IMG/VR virus record: IMGVR_UViG_3300022868_000009
Coordinates: 1-64,000 of that record
Length of the DNA stretch: 64,000 nucleotides
Direction: 5' to 3' (one strand)
Positions 46,521 to 55,396 of the stretch are shown piece after piece. Every line of letters starts with the position of its first letter. The first letter of the stretch is position 1. Under the pieces are notes generated by a model. The model was not told the origin of the DNA and searched no databases. It saw only the letters and a program-made list of their open reading frames with translations. The position numbers and the translations under genes were made by a program.

Positions 46521-47771
46521 CTATTTTTCATTTAAAAAATCTTCATATTGTTTAAGATATTCATCTGCATTTGGTGAAACCTCTAAGATATCAACTATCT
46601 GCGGGATAATTTCCCCTTTTTTCGCAATTGATACTCTAGCACCAGGAAATACTTTATTTTTAATTATATATCCAAGATTATGTAGACTAGCTCTTGAAAC
46701 AATAGTACCATCTAACTCAACTGGTTTTAACATTGCAACACCTGTAAATTCTCCGTCTTTTCCTAAAGTCCAATCAATATCTAATATAACTGTTTCGGTA
46801 TTGTTTGGTGGAAATTTAATTGCTACCATACTTTTAGGATGGTGTGATGTAACACCCATTTTATTTCTTAAAGATTCGGGATATTTTAAAACTATGCCAT
46901 CTAACCAAAATGGACATCTTTTTCTATATTTTTTAAACTCTTTATAGATTTTATCAAAATCATCAATTGATTTAAGCGTCATTATAAATGGTTTATATTT
47001 ATTATTAAATCCATTTTCTTCTAAAATATTCATAGTTTCAATAACTGGATAATTTCCATCATCTGTCACAGCTACCATATCATAAGCTACAAATGTTAAA
47101 TCTTGTATTTGCTTTAAACTATATTCTTCACCACTAATCAAACCACCAATATAATTTCTTGGATTTGATATACAACCTTCTTCTGATTCATCATATTTTT
47201 CAACCCATAAATCTTCTTCAATAACTAACTCACCCCTAATCTGATATTTATGTTCTTTTAAAGATATTTCAGCAGGTACGATATGTCTTACTTTTTCGGT
47301 TCTATCTTTACCATTCTTAGTATCATTGCCTCTAGTTAATGCTTGAACAAACTTACCATTTTCATAAATCAATTCAAAACCATTACCATCATATTTTCCA
47401 CTACATTCTATATATTCTGCCTTTCTTCTAGACAAGAATAAATTTAAAGTATGTAAAGGATAATTATTTTCATCTTCTACTTGTATTTTCTCTAATGATA
47501 ACATTGATGTTGGGTGTGGATATTTAGCTTCATCTTTTTCGTCAATATCAATAATATTAGCAGGTTCTAATCCTAATTTTTTAATTTGTTTAATACTAGG
47601 AAAATCAACTAATTTAGTTACTTCCAAAATTAAACTATGTTTTGTATCTTTAAGTTTTTGTTCAAATTTATCAAATTGTGCATCATTAATGGTAGGTTTA
47701 AATAAAATATAATATTCATACTTATATCTTAAATATTGTTCACACATTTGTTTAATTGTCTTTAAATCCAT
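46521..47771 (-). CDS. ligA: NAD+-dependent DNA ligase (adenylation plus OB domains only)
   Basis: YY...P.I.DAQFD (Ia), MLSLEK, KYDG, TRG, RGE, NPRN, DGIV, AIKF, RASLHN, GEIIPQI; ends at 416 aa without Zn/HhH/BRCT. Confidence 0.85.
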   Translation of the reverse strand: MDLKTIKQMCEQYLRYKYEYYILFKPTINDAQFDKFEQKLKDTKHSLILEVTKLVDFPSIKQIKKLGLEPANIIDIDEKDEAKYPHPTSMLSLEKIQVEDENNYPLHTLNLFLSRRKAEYIECSGKYDGNGFELIYENGKFVQALTRGNDTKNGKDRTEKVRHIVPAEISLKEHKYQIRGELVIEEDLWVEKYDESEEGCISNPRNYIGGLISGEEYSLKQIQDLTFVAYDMVAVTDDGNYPVIETMNILEENGFNNKYKPFIMTLKSIDDFDKIYKEFKKYRKRCPFWLDGIVLKYPESLRNKMGVTSHHPKSMVAIKFPPNNTETVILDIDWTLGKDGEFTGVAMLKPVELDGTIVSRASLHNLGYIIKNKVFPGARVSIAKKGEIIPQIVDILEVSPNADEYLKQYEDFLNEK

Positions 47772-47938
47772 CTAATATTTCTTTTAGTACTTTAATATTT
47801 TTAATTTCTTTATCATAAAGGTCAACACTAAGTCTTCTCATTAATGGTAACAATTCTTCTTTTTCCTTTATAATTCTTGATATTTTTTCTTTATAATCCA
47901 TAATATAATCATTTTATTCAAAAATAAAAAATTACAAG

Positions 47939-48565
47939 TTAATTTAATTCTTGAATATTTGTTTTTTGTTCATTGAACAATTCATCACCTTTTTTTATCT
48001 TTACATCTTTTATAAAAGAATTTTTTCTTATTTTTGCCGCATTAACTCTATAATCCATAAGTACTTTTGTTATTTTTTCATCTACTTCTTTTGATGTTTG
48101 TTTTTCAGTATTATAATTATAAACTGGCCCATCAGCCCATAATCTATAATATTTCTCTGTTTCACTTATTTCTATAATATGTCCCTTGTTAATATTAGTA
48201 ATCTCAATAAAACTAATTTTTGGATAATCTAATAATTTTTTAGAAACTAATTTAGTTTTAGTATTTTCAATAATTTCAACAATGCCATCATCAATATTTA
48301 TTGATTCATGTGACATTTCATGCCTATAAATCAAGCTATTTAATCTATCAATAGAACGTTCAGAATCCATAAATAATGACTCACCGCCTGGATACTCACA
48401 CCATTTATTAACTGTGCCATAATATTGATCTCCATTTTCTAATATTACTAAATAATAATTTTCACATTCTGTTTGTTTAATCAATTCTATTCTTGAATTA
48501 TCTGTATTCATACAACTTACAAATAGAAATAAAAGTGATGTTAAAATTAATAGTATTCTTTTCAT
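47939..48565 (-). CDS. Putative lipoprotein, paralog family A
   Basis: FVSC lipobox; YLVILENGDQY...WCEYPGG. Confidence 0.7.
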   Translation of the reverse strand: MKRILLILTSLLFLFVSCMNTDNSRIELIKQTECENYYLVILENGDQYYGTVNKWCEYPGGESLFMDSERSIDRLNSLIYRHEMSHESINIDDGIVEIIENTKTKLVSKKLLDYPKISFIEITNINKGHIIEISETEKYYRLWADGPVYNYNTEKQTSKEVDEKITKVLMDYRVNAAKIRKNSFIKDVKIKKGDELFNEQKTNIQELN

Positions 48566-48570
48566 ATTTA

Positions 48571-48816
48571 TTATTTTTTTAAATTTTCTATTTCTGTATT
48601 TTTTATTAAATCGTTTAAATTATTAGTAAGACTTGGACTAACATAATCACCATCAGGATAAGTACACCAAATACATGTATCATCACTAAAATATTGATCT
48701 CCATTTTCTAGAGTAACAAAATATTTACCATCATATATTTTAATATCTGCATTATTTGTTGTTCCACAACTTATCATTAAAAACAAAAATGATAAAATTA
48801 ATAATATTCTTTTCAT
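48571..48816 (-). CDS. Putative lipoprotein, paralog family A
   Basis: MISC lipobox; YFVTLENGDQY...WCTYPDG. Confidence 0.7.
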   Translation of the reverse strand: MKRILLILSFLFLMISCGTTNNADIKIYDGKYFVTLENGDQYFSDDTCIWCTYPDGDYVSPSLTNNLNDLIKNTEIENLKK

Positions 48817-48820
48817 GTTT

Positions 48821-49198
48821 TTAATTTAATGGGTTGATATTACTTTTAATTTCTCTTTCTTCTAAATCCTTTTCTCTTTTATTGAGTTCCTTCTCTTTAT
48901 TTTCTAGATTTTTTAATTTTTCTAATTGAGGCTCAATTTCATTTTTCATTTCATAACCCCTAATCAAAGTATTAATCTCTCCTCTGTTTATAGAACCACA
49001 ATTACAAACAGAAACCATATCACCACTTGGGTAATAATACCAATCATCAACATTACCAGTAATTTCAATTTCTTCTGAAGGTAGTGTAATAAAATATTTA
49101 TCGTTTTCTAATTTTTGTATTTCTGCATCATCTAAATTAGATGAGCAACCGGTAAGCATTAATACTAATAGTATTAAGGGGTAAAATAATTTTTTCAT
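48821..49198 (-). CDS. Putative lipoprotein, paralog family A (diverged)
   Basis: LTGC lipobox; YFITLP...WYYYPSG. Confidence 0.65.
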   Translation of the reverse strand: MKKLFYPLILLVLMLTGCSSNLDDAEIQKLENDKYFITLPSEEIEITGNVDDWYYYPSGDMVSVCNCGSINRGEINTLIRGYEMKNEIEPQLEKLKNLENKEKELNKREKDLEEREIKSNINPLN

Positions 49199-49262
49199 AC
49201 ATTTCTTTTTAAATTAATATTGTAGATAATATATGAAAATTTATTTAAATAAAAAATAATTT

Positions 49263-49475
49263 TTAGAGTTTGTTTAATCGTTCAATAACACGATTTTCAA
49301 TATCAGGTATCACCAATCTTTCTAAGGTTTTTAATATCTCTTTATCAATTTCTTCAGTAACAGATTCAGAGAATTGTGTTTCCCATTCATTAACAGCATC
49401 ACTACCATAAATTTCTGATAAATCTTGTGCGGTTTCTCTTCCCCAAATAGCTCTTGCGCCTCTCTTTTTTCTCAT
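49263..49475 (-). CDS. 70-aa protein resembling an isolated segment of gp23-type capsid proteins
   Basis: ARAIWGRETAQDLSEIYGSDAVNEWETQFSESVTEEIDKEIL resembles gp23 LKA.W..ELAQDL.A.H..DAE.EL...LS..I..EIDREI. Confidence 0.55.
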   Translation of the reverse strand: MRKKRGARAIWGRETAQDLSEIYGSDAVNEWETQFSESVTEEIDKEILKTLERLVIPDIENRVIERLNKL

Positions 49476-50173
49476 CTTAATAAATTTGATAACATATAAA
49501 ATTGTGGTGCTAACATTTCTTCGGCTTTTTCTTTACCAACAAAACCTGCCCAATCAACTTCTTCTGCTTGTAGATTTTCTTTTGGTATAGTCAAAACACT
49601 AAAATAATTCTTAAATTCTTGTGAATCTAAATATATAACAGTATAATAATAAGTTTTAAATTTACTATTTTTAAATACACCACAAGTTTTAAATTCTTTT
49701 TCTTTTACTTTTTCTAGTGGATAACCAACACCTATTTCTTCTGCAACTTCTCGAATTGCAGCTTGTGGTTTTGTTTCACCTTCTTCTAAATGACCTTTTG
49801 GATAAGAACATGTTTTTTCCCAATTCAAATTAACATCATGTACTAATAACATTTTATTATTATAAATAAACACAATTCCTGCTGAAAATGATTCATTTAA
49901 TTTCTTAAATTGATATTGAAATTCACTTTTAGTAATCTTAAATAAACCATCTGTTTCATCAAAACCACCAAACTCATCCATTTTCTGGACCATCATGTTA
50001 TCAACACCAGGTATCATAGGATCCGTATTCATCATTTCACGAACCTTAAAATTACCTAATTCTTTACCATCTCTCCAAATTCTGATATAATTATCAACAT
50101 TAAGTTGTTCAAATGATATAAATTCATTAATTTCTTCAACATTTTCTTTTAAAAATTTATAGTAATTTTTCAT
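49472..50173 (-). CDS. NUDIX hydrolase with CTS-like N-terminus
   Basis: Nudix box PKGHLEEGETKPQAAIREVAEEIG. Confidence 0.85.
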   Translation of the reverse strand: MKNYYKFLKENVEEINEFISFEQLNVDNYIRIWRDGKELGNFKVREMMNTDPMIPGVDNMMVQKMDEFGGFDETDGLFKITKSEFQYQFKKLNESFSAGIVFIYNNKMLLVHDVNLNWEKTCSYPKGHLEEGETKPQAAIREVAEEIGVGYPLEKVKEKEFKTCGVFKNSKFKTYYYTVIYLDSQEFKNYFSVLTIPKENLQAEEVDWAGFVGKEKAEEMLAPQFYMLSNLLR

Positions 50174-50520
50174 ATTCCTAAATCAATATCGTGTTTTTCT
50201 GGGTTATATGGTTCTACATAATAGTCAAGCCAATTTTCCATTTCTTCATACCTTATTTCTTCAGCTTCTCCTGCGTCTACTTCATCTTCCTCCATTATAT
50301 TATCCACATCTCTCAATCCATACATACCTTCATAATTTTCATATTCTTCTATTGCTAATTGATATGATAATTTTTCAGCATCATCTTTACTTATATCTTT
50401 TTCTAATCTTAATGGTATAGCACCACCAAAACCGCCACTTAAACCAGCAAAAAGTACCCAATCACCATTTCCTGACAAATGAATATTATTTCCTTCAAAC
50501 ATTTTAAATTTTGTTTTCAT
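50170..50520 (-). CDS. Acidic hypothetical protein with CTS-like start (MKTKFKMFE)
   Basis: 116-aa ORF. Confidence 0.65.
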   Translation of the reverse strand: MKTKFKMFEGNNIHLSGNGDWVLFAGLSGGFGGAIPLRLEKDISKDDAEKLSYQLAIEEYENYEGMYGLRDVDNIMEEDEVDAGEAEEIRYEEMENWLDYYVEPYNPEKHDIDLGI

Positions 50521-51086
50521 TTTTTTACAACTGCTATTTTTAGTATTTTTTCATTTCTCACATATTCATAATGATCAAAATGACCATCTTCATAAATATC
50601 TACTGGTGCTGCTTTATTCCAATCACTAAATAAACCTAAAAAATAATTATAAATAAATGCTACCCATTCACCACAGATAAATTTCTTACCTGATTTACTT
50701 TTACTTCTACCAATCCATATTTCTTTACCAAATAATTTTTTCCAAATATATCTTACTGGTTGATAAAATAATAAATTAATAAATTCGTAAGGCGTGTGGC
50801 CTGTATATTCTAAAACAAAATTAATGATATCACTTTTCATTTTATCATCAATATTTTTCTTAGGTTTCAAAATCATTAACCCTTTATCTGATTCTATATA
50901 ATCTTCAAATTTTGTTAATGCTATTCCATGTTTATCTGCTTCAATGACATATAATATACCATTTAACCATAAAAAAAATGCTGAATGGTTAAATTCACAA
51001 TCTTCGAACCATTGTATCGCCTCTGGTAAAATACCTTTAGAACTAACTAATAAATTATCACCTGTTTCAATTTGAATATTTCCCAT
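50517..51086 (-). CDS. Permuted papain-like amidase (YiiX/YaeF, C92-like)
   Basis: GDNLL, FNHSA (His) before ICGEWV (Cys), PY. Confidence 0.7.
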   Translation of the reverse strand: MGNIQIETGDNLLVSSKGILPEAIQWFEDCEFNHSAFFLWLNGILYVIEADKHGIALTKFEDYIESDKGLMILKPKKNIDDKMKSDIINFVLEYTGHTPYEFINLLFYQPVRYIWKKLFGKEIWIGRSKSKSGKKFICGEWVAFIYNYFLGLFSDWNKAAPVDIYEDGHFDHYEYVRNEKILKIAVVKK

Positions 51087-51115
51087 ATTTAATTTTTTAT
51101 TTTATATATTAATTT

Positions 51116-52291
51116 TCAATTTTGACTTTGAAATCCAATTCTTTTCTTTTCTTGTATACTAATAATCTGATTATGACCTTCATAAATCTCTGATAAAGTT
51201 GTTGGATTATCAAAAGTTTTTCCATTATCTAAATGTTTACATAACTTATTAGCTTGTTTAGGTTTCAAAGCTTTAAATTCATAATTAACTTTTAATCTAC
51301 CAGCTCTTAATAAAGCAGGATCTATCTCTTTATTAGATGTATTAAATGTTGAAATTATTTGAACCTCCAAATGATCATTTAATAAACCATCTGTCATATT
51401 TAATATATTTGCAATAGCTTGTGTTCTTTGCATAAATGTATTAGATATAATATTCTCCGAATCTTCTAATATTAAAATAGATTTCTTAAATTTAGAAATA
51501 AAAGACATGAAACCTGGTTCTGCTATACTTTCCATCATATAAGGTGGAACATAAATTACAGTTTTTTCTTCTGAAAGGTCTGCAATTAGTTTACGAACAT
51601 ATGAAGTTTTACCAACCCCAGGCTGGCCGTGTAATAAAAACAATCCAAATTTATCATTTTTTAATGAATCAACAATTTTCTTATCTATTTCGATGAAATC
51701 CTTACCATAATTTAATTCAAGATTAAAATCCATTTCTTTGATATATGAACCTAGTAATTGATACCCATTATCACCAACTCCAATCGTAAAAAATTGATTC
51801 TTTTTACGTGGAATATACATACATTTTTCAATATCTTTCAACATTTCATCTTCAATCCATTTTGAAGTTATAATATCTGGATCATAATATATCATTAAAT
51901 GTTGAACTTTATCAGTTTTATCTTCACTGGTTGCAAAATCATGATAATCATCATCATCTAAATTCCTAAACTCATCAAAAAATGTAAAGTAAAACATCAA
52001 ATCACCTCTATTATTTAAAATTTTAACATAATACTTATAATCTTTAAAAGATCTATTCTTTTCATCAATAGATACTTCTGTGTTTCTCATAATAACATCA
52101 CCTTCCATGTTTTTAGTAATTTGCCATTTTTCTTCAAGATATTGCCACCAAAGATCAGAATGTATTTCTTGATTAACATAATATTTACCGACATATTTGT
52201 TAAATTGTAGACACATAAGATTAAAGTCAACTTCAATTTGTGCCATTGAGTATAAGGTATTTTCACCAAATTTAATGTCAAATGTATTCAT
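51116..52291 (-). CDS. AAA-family ATPase
   Basis: LLHGQPGVGKT, ILILEDSE, ILNMTDGLL, DPALLRAGRL. Confidence 0.85.
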   Translation of the reverse strand: MNTFDIKFGENTLYSMAQIEVDFNLMCLQFNKYVGKYYVNQEIHSDLWWQYLEEKWQITKNMEGDVIMRNTEVSIDEKNRSFKDYKYYVKILNNRGDLMFYFTFFDEFRNLDDDDYHDFATSEDKTDKVQHLMIYYDPDIITSKWIEDEMLKDIEKCMYIPRKKNQFFTIGVGDNGYQLLGSYIKEMDFNLELNYGKDFIEIDKKIVDSLKNDKFGLFLLHGQPGVGKTSYVRKLIADLSEEKTVIYVPPYMMESIAEPGFMSFISKFKKSILILEDSENIISNTFMQRTQAIANILNMTDGLLNDHLEVQIISTFNTSNKEIDPALLRAGRLKVNYEFKALKPKQANKLCKHLDNGKTFDNPTTLSEIYEGHNQIISIQEKKRIGFQSQN

Positions 52292-52376
52292 TTCTTAATA
52301 TTTAATTTTGTAATTTGATTTTAAATTATACATTATTTTAATGGAAAAGTTATATTTTTATTTAAGGTTGGGAAGA

Positions 52377-53423
52377 TTACATTATTCCTAATTTCTGTGC
52401 GTTATATATTGATTGTATATTATTAATTATGTTGTTTAATTCTTTATCATCTAAATTTTTAATTTTATTAGAAAAATCTCTAGAAGCAAACCATTTATAA
52501 CATTTGCTTTTTGGTTTTGCAAATTCCACTAAATATTTAAGTCTAGAATAACTTTTCATTTTATATTGCCATAAAATATCATCAAAATGTTCTTTTAGTA
52601 TATCAACATTATCTTTATAAACAACATTAACCCAAAAGAAATCTTCTGGTAATTTAGATTCATTATCCCAATATCTATCAATTTCAAATTCTAAATCATT
52701 CTGGAGTTGTTGGTAATCTTTTTTAGATTCATATTCTTGCGATTGATATTCAATATCATATGTATAAGGTAAATTATTACCAACTAATCTAAAAAAATCA
52801 CCTATACTATTAATATCTTTATCTTTTATATATTTTAAAAGTGCATCATATTCTACTGTGACACTTACACCATTTTGATATTTACCTGTATAAATAAAAT
52901 CATAATAAAATGGTTGTTCATTTGAGATTTCTTTCTCAATTAATATGGATAATGCTTTTTCTTTCACAATAGATAGTGAATATTTAAACGAATCTTTAAT
53001 TTCTTCAAGGTCAAAATTTTCAAAGAAAACTGCAAATTCTCCCTCATCAACATTATTATTTACATAATCAATCTTATTATCAAGATATTTTGCGAAATTT
53101 AAAACTTTTTGTATTTGTTGTGTAGTCATATAATGATGAATATAATTTACCTCATCATCATCAATATAAAATTCATAACCATATGAATTTGCAAATCTTA
53201 ACCATTCAATAACACCTCTTTCAATTTCCAATAAATCTTCAAAATCATCTATTTTAATATCAAATGATAATTCATCTTTTTCAACTTCTAAATAACCGTG
53301 ATTTTCTTGAATATCTAAATAATTTGAGATTTCTTCTGGTTTCTCTTCACCAGACATAATTTTCTCAACTACTTCTTTTAGGATAGAATTTTTAATATCT
53401 TCAAAATATTTAATATATTTCAT
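52377..53423 (-). CDS. Hypothetical acidic protein, MKYIKYFE / NAQKLGIM family
   Basis: 348-aa ORF with both terminal motifs; AATATATA at 53429-53436. Confidence 0.8.
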   Translation of the reverse strand: MKYIKYFEDIKNSILKEVVEKIMSGEEKPEEISNYLDIQENHGYLEVEKDELSFDIKIDDFEDLLEIERGVIEWLRFANSYGYEFYIDDDEVNYIHHYMTTQQIQKVLNFAKYLDNKIDYVNNNVDEGEFAVFFENFDLEEIKDSFKYSLSIVKEKALSILIEKEISNEQPFYYDFIYTGKYQNGVSVTVEYDALLKYIKDKDINSIGDFFRLVGNNLPYTYDIEYQSQEYESKKDYQQLQNDLEFEIDRYWDNESKLPEDFFWVNVVYKDNVDILKEHFDDILWQYKMKSYSRLKYLVEFAKPKSKCYKWFASRDFSNKIKNLDDKELNNIINNIQSIYNAQKLGIM

Positions 53424-53434
53424 CTAATTATATA

Positions 53435-53680
53435 TTAATATTTAATTTTAAAATATAAAATTGTAGATTGTATTAAGATTGCAAATGAATTTGCTATTAT
53501 AAGTGGTAAATCTACGATACATATACCATAAATCAACCATAATAAAATACCAATAACAAACATCAAAACCATTGTTAATGATAAATCATCACTCTTTTTT
53601 GTTTTTATAAGTTTAATTAATTGAGGCAACCCTGCTAAGGTTGTTAAAATTGCTGCTAAAATACCAATTATCATAACCAT
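53435..53680 (-). CDS. SemiSWEET (PQ-loop) sugar transporter
   Basis: GILAAILTTLAGLPQLIK...DLSLTM...G..LWLIYG...LPLIIAN; three TM helices. Confidence 0.85.
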   Translation of the reverse strand: MVMIIGILAAILTTLAGLPQLIKLIKTKKSDDLSLTMVLMFVIGILLWLIYGICIVDLPLIIANSFAILIQSTILYFKIKY

Positions 53681-53681
53681 A

Positions 53682-54611
53682 TTAAATACCTAGATTTTTA
53701 TATATCTCATATGTTGTTTTAATTCCTTCGTCTAATTCTATTTTATATTTCCAACCAATTTCATTTATTTTAGAAACATCTAATATTTTTCTCATTGTTC
53801 CGTTTGGTTTTGTAATATCCCATGTTATATTACCTTTGAATCCAATAACTTTTGATATTTTCTCAGCTAGTTCTTTAATTGTAATATCAGAGCCTGTGCC
53901 AATATTAAGTATTTCATTTTTTTCATAATTATTCATTAAAAATACTAATGATTCTGCTAAGTCTTGTACATGTAAAAATTCTCTTTTAGGTGTTCCATCA
54001 CCCCACAAATTAACATCAGTATTATTTACCTTAGCTTCATGTATTTTTCTTATCATAGCTGCAAAAACATGACTCTTTTCTAAATCATAATTATCAGCAT
54101 CACTACCATATAAATTTGTTGGCATCACTGCAATATATTTTGTTCCATATTGATTATTATAATTCTCTATCATTTTCAGACCGGAAATCTTTGCAACTGC
54201 ATATGGCTCATTTGTTTGTTCTAATTTAGATGTCAATAAATATTCTTCTTTAATAGGTTGTGGACAATTCTTAGGGTATACGCAACTTGAAGCTAAAAAC
54301 AACACCTTTTTAACATCATTTAAATATGAATTATGTATGATATTATTTTGAATCATCATATTTTCATATAAAAATTCTGCTCTTCTTACATTATTATCAT
54401 ATATACCTCCTACTTTTGCAGCACACATAAATACATATTCTGGTTTTTGTTCTTCAAAAAAGATTTTAGTATCATTTTGATTAATTAAATTTAACTCTTT
54501 ACTTGTTCTAGTTATTAAATTAGTATAACCTTGATCTTGTAATGTTTTTAAAACTGAAGAGCCAACTAATCCTGTGTGACCAGCTACATATATTTTATCA
54601 TTTTTATTCAT
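53682..54611 (-). CDS. fcl: GDP-L-fucose synthase
   Basis: AGHTGLVGS, CAAKVGGI, SSCVYPK, EPYAVAK, PTNLYG, WGDGTPKREFLHV. Confidence 0.95.
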   Translation of the reverse strand: MNKNDKIYVAGHTGLVGSSVLKTLQDQGYTNLITRTSKELNLINQNDTKIFFEEQKPEYVFMCAAKVGGIYDNNVRRAEFLYENMMIQNNIIHNSYLNDVKKVLFLASSCVYPKNCPQPIKEEYLLTSKLEQTNEPYAVAKISGLKMIENYNNQYGTKYIAVMPTNLYGSDADNYDLEKSHVFAAMIRKIHEAKVNNTDVNLWGDGTPKREFLHVQDLAESLVFLMNNYEKNEILNIGTGSDITIKELAEKISKVIGFKGNITWDITKPNGTMRKILDVSKINEIGWKYKIELDEGIKTTYEIYKNLGI

Positions 54612-55393
54612 AAATCTTCTTTTACAATTTTTATCTTTTTAGGTGATAGAGAATCATATGTAAAAAAACCAGATAATTCCATTGAATCTACATCAGTGTG
54701 TAATATATTTTTGTTTTTATCTAATTCTATCTCATATAAATCATATTTAAGTTCAATATTTTTATCTAAAAGATCATTTAATTTTAATGATTTTAAAATA
54801 TTTACATAATTGTCTATTTCTGTAAAAACATATATTCTTTCTCGATGATTTATTTTTCTTGAAAATGATTTAGGATATAAACCATTTCTTTTTATTGAGT
54901 TTCTATTTTTTACTGGTGATAAATGATAAACAATATCTGGAATATCAACATCATTTTTATATAAAGAATCATCATATTTAGCATCAAACAAAATAACAAT
55001 TTCTTTATTATTTTTCTTTATTTCAACATCAAAATTATTTATTATTACTTGTTTAACTTTTTGTTTCTTTTTATTGTCGGTTTCTTCTACTAACTTTGTA
55101 GTGAAAAAATTCAACGTATTTTGTTTATTATTTTCTCTTAATATTTTAAAATTAATTGGATAATAACCTAGATTTTCATTATATTTAAAAAACAACTCAT
55201 ACATATCTTCATCCAAAAATGATAAAGGATTATTAATAGTAATCTCATATCTAAATTTATCAAGTATATTTAATTCAATATCAAAACCAATTCCTCTTAA
55301 ATTGATTTCTAGTGATGAATATATATTGTATATGTTATGTGTCGTTATTAAACCTTCTTTTATCAAAGATAAAAATTGTTCATATGTTTTCAT
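54608..55393 (-). CDS. ADP-ribosyltransferase-fold protein with MKTYEQF CTS-like start
   Basis: VYHLSP..N..SI..NGLYPK...RIYVF...YEI...YDSLSPKKI; paralog of 37933-38646. Confidence 0.6.
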   Translation of the reverse strand: MKTYEQFLSLIKEGLITTHNIYNIYSSLEINLRGIGFDIELNILDKFRYEITINNPLSFLDEDMYELFFKYNENLGYYPINFKILRENNKQNTLNFFTTKLVEETDNKKKQKVKQVIINNFDVEIKKNNKEIVILFDAKYDDSLYKNDVDIPDIVYHLSPVKNRNSIKRNGLYPKSFSRKINHRERIYVFTEIDNYVNILKSLKLNDLLDKNIELKYDLYEIELDKNKNILHTDVDSMELSGFFTYDSLSPKKIKIVKEDL

Positions 55394-55396
55394 CTA

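Noticed and set aside
53682-53700. fcl C-terminus KNLGI and 50170-50520 IDLGI as members of the KLGLL motif
   Set aside because: They match only partly, and fcl is an ordinary enzyme; likely chance
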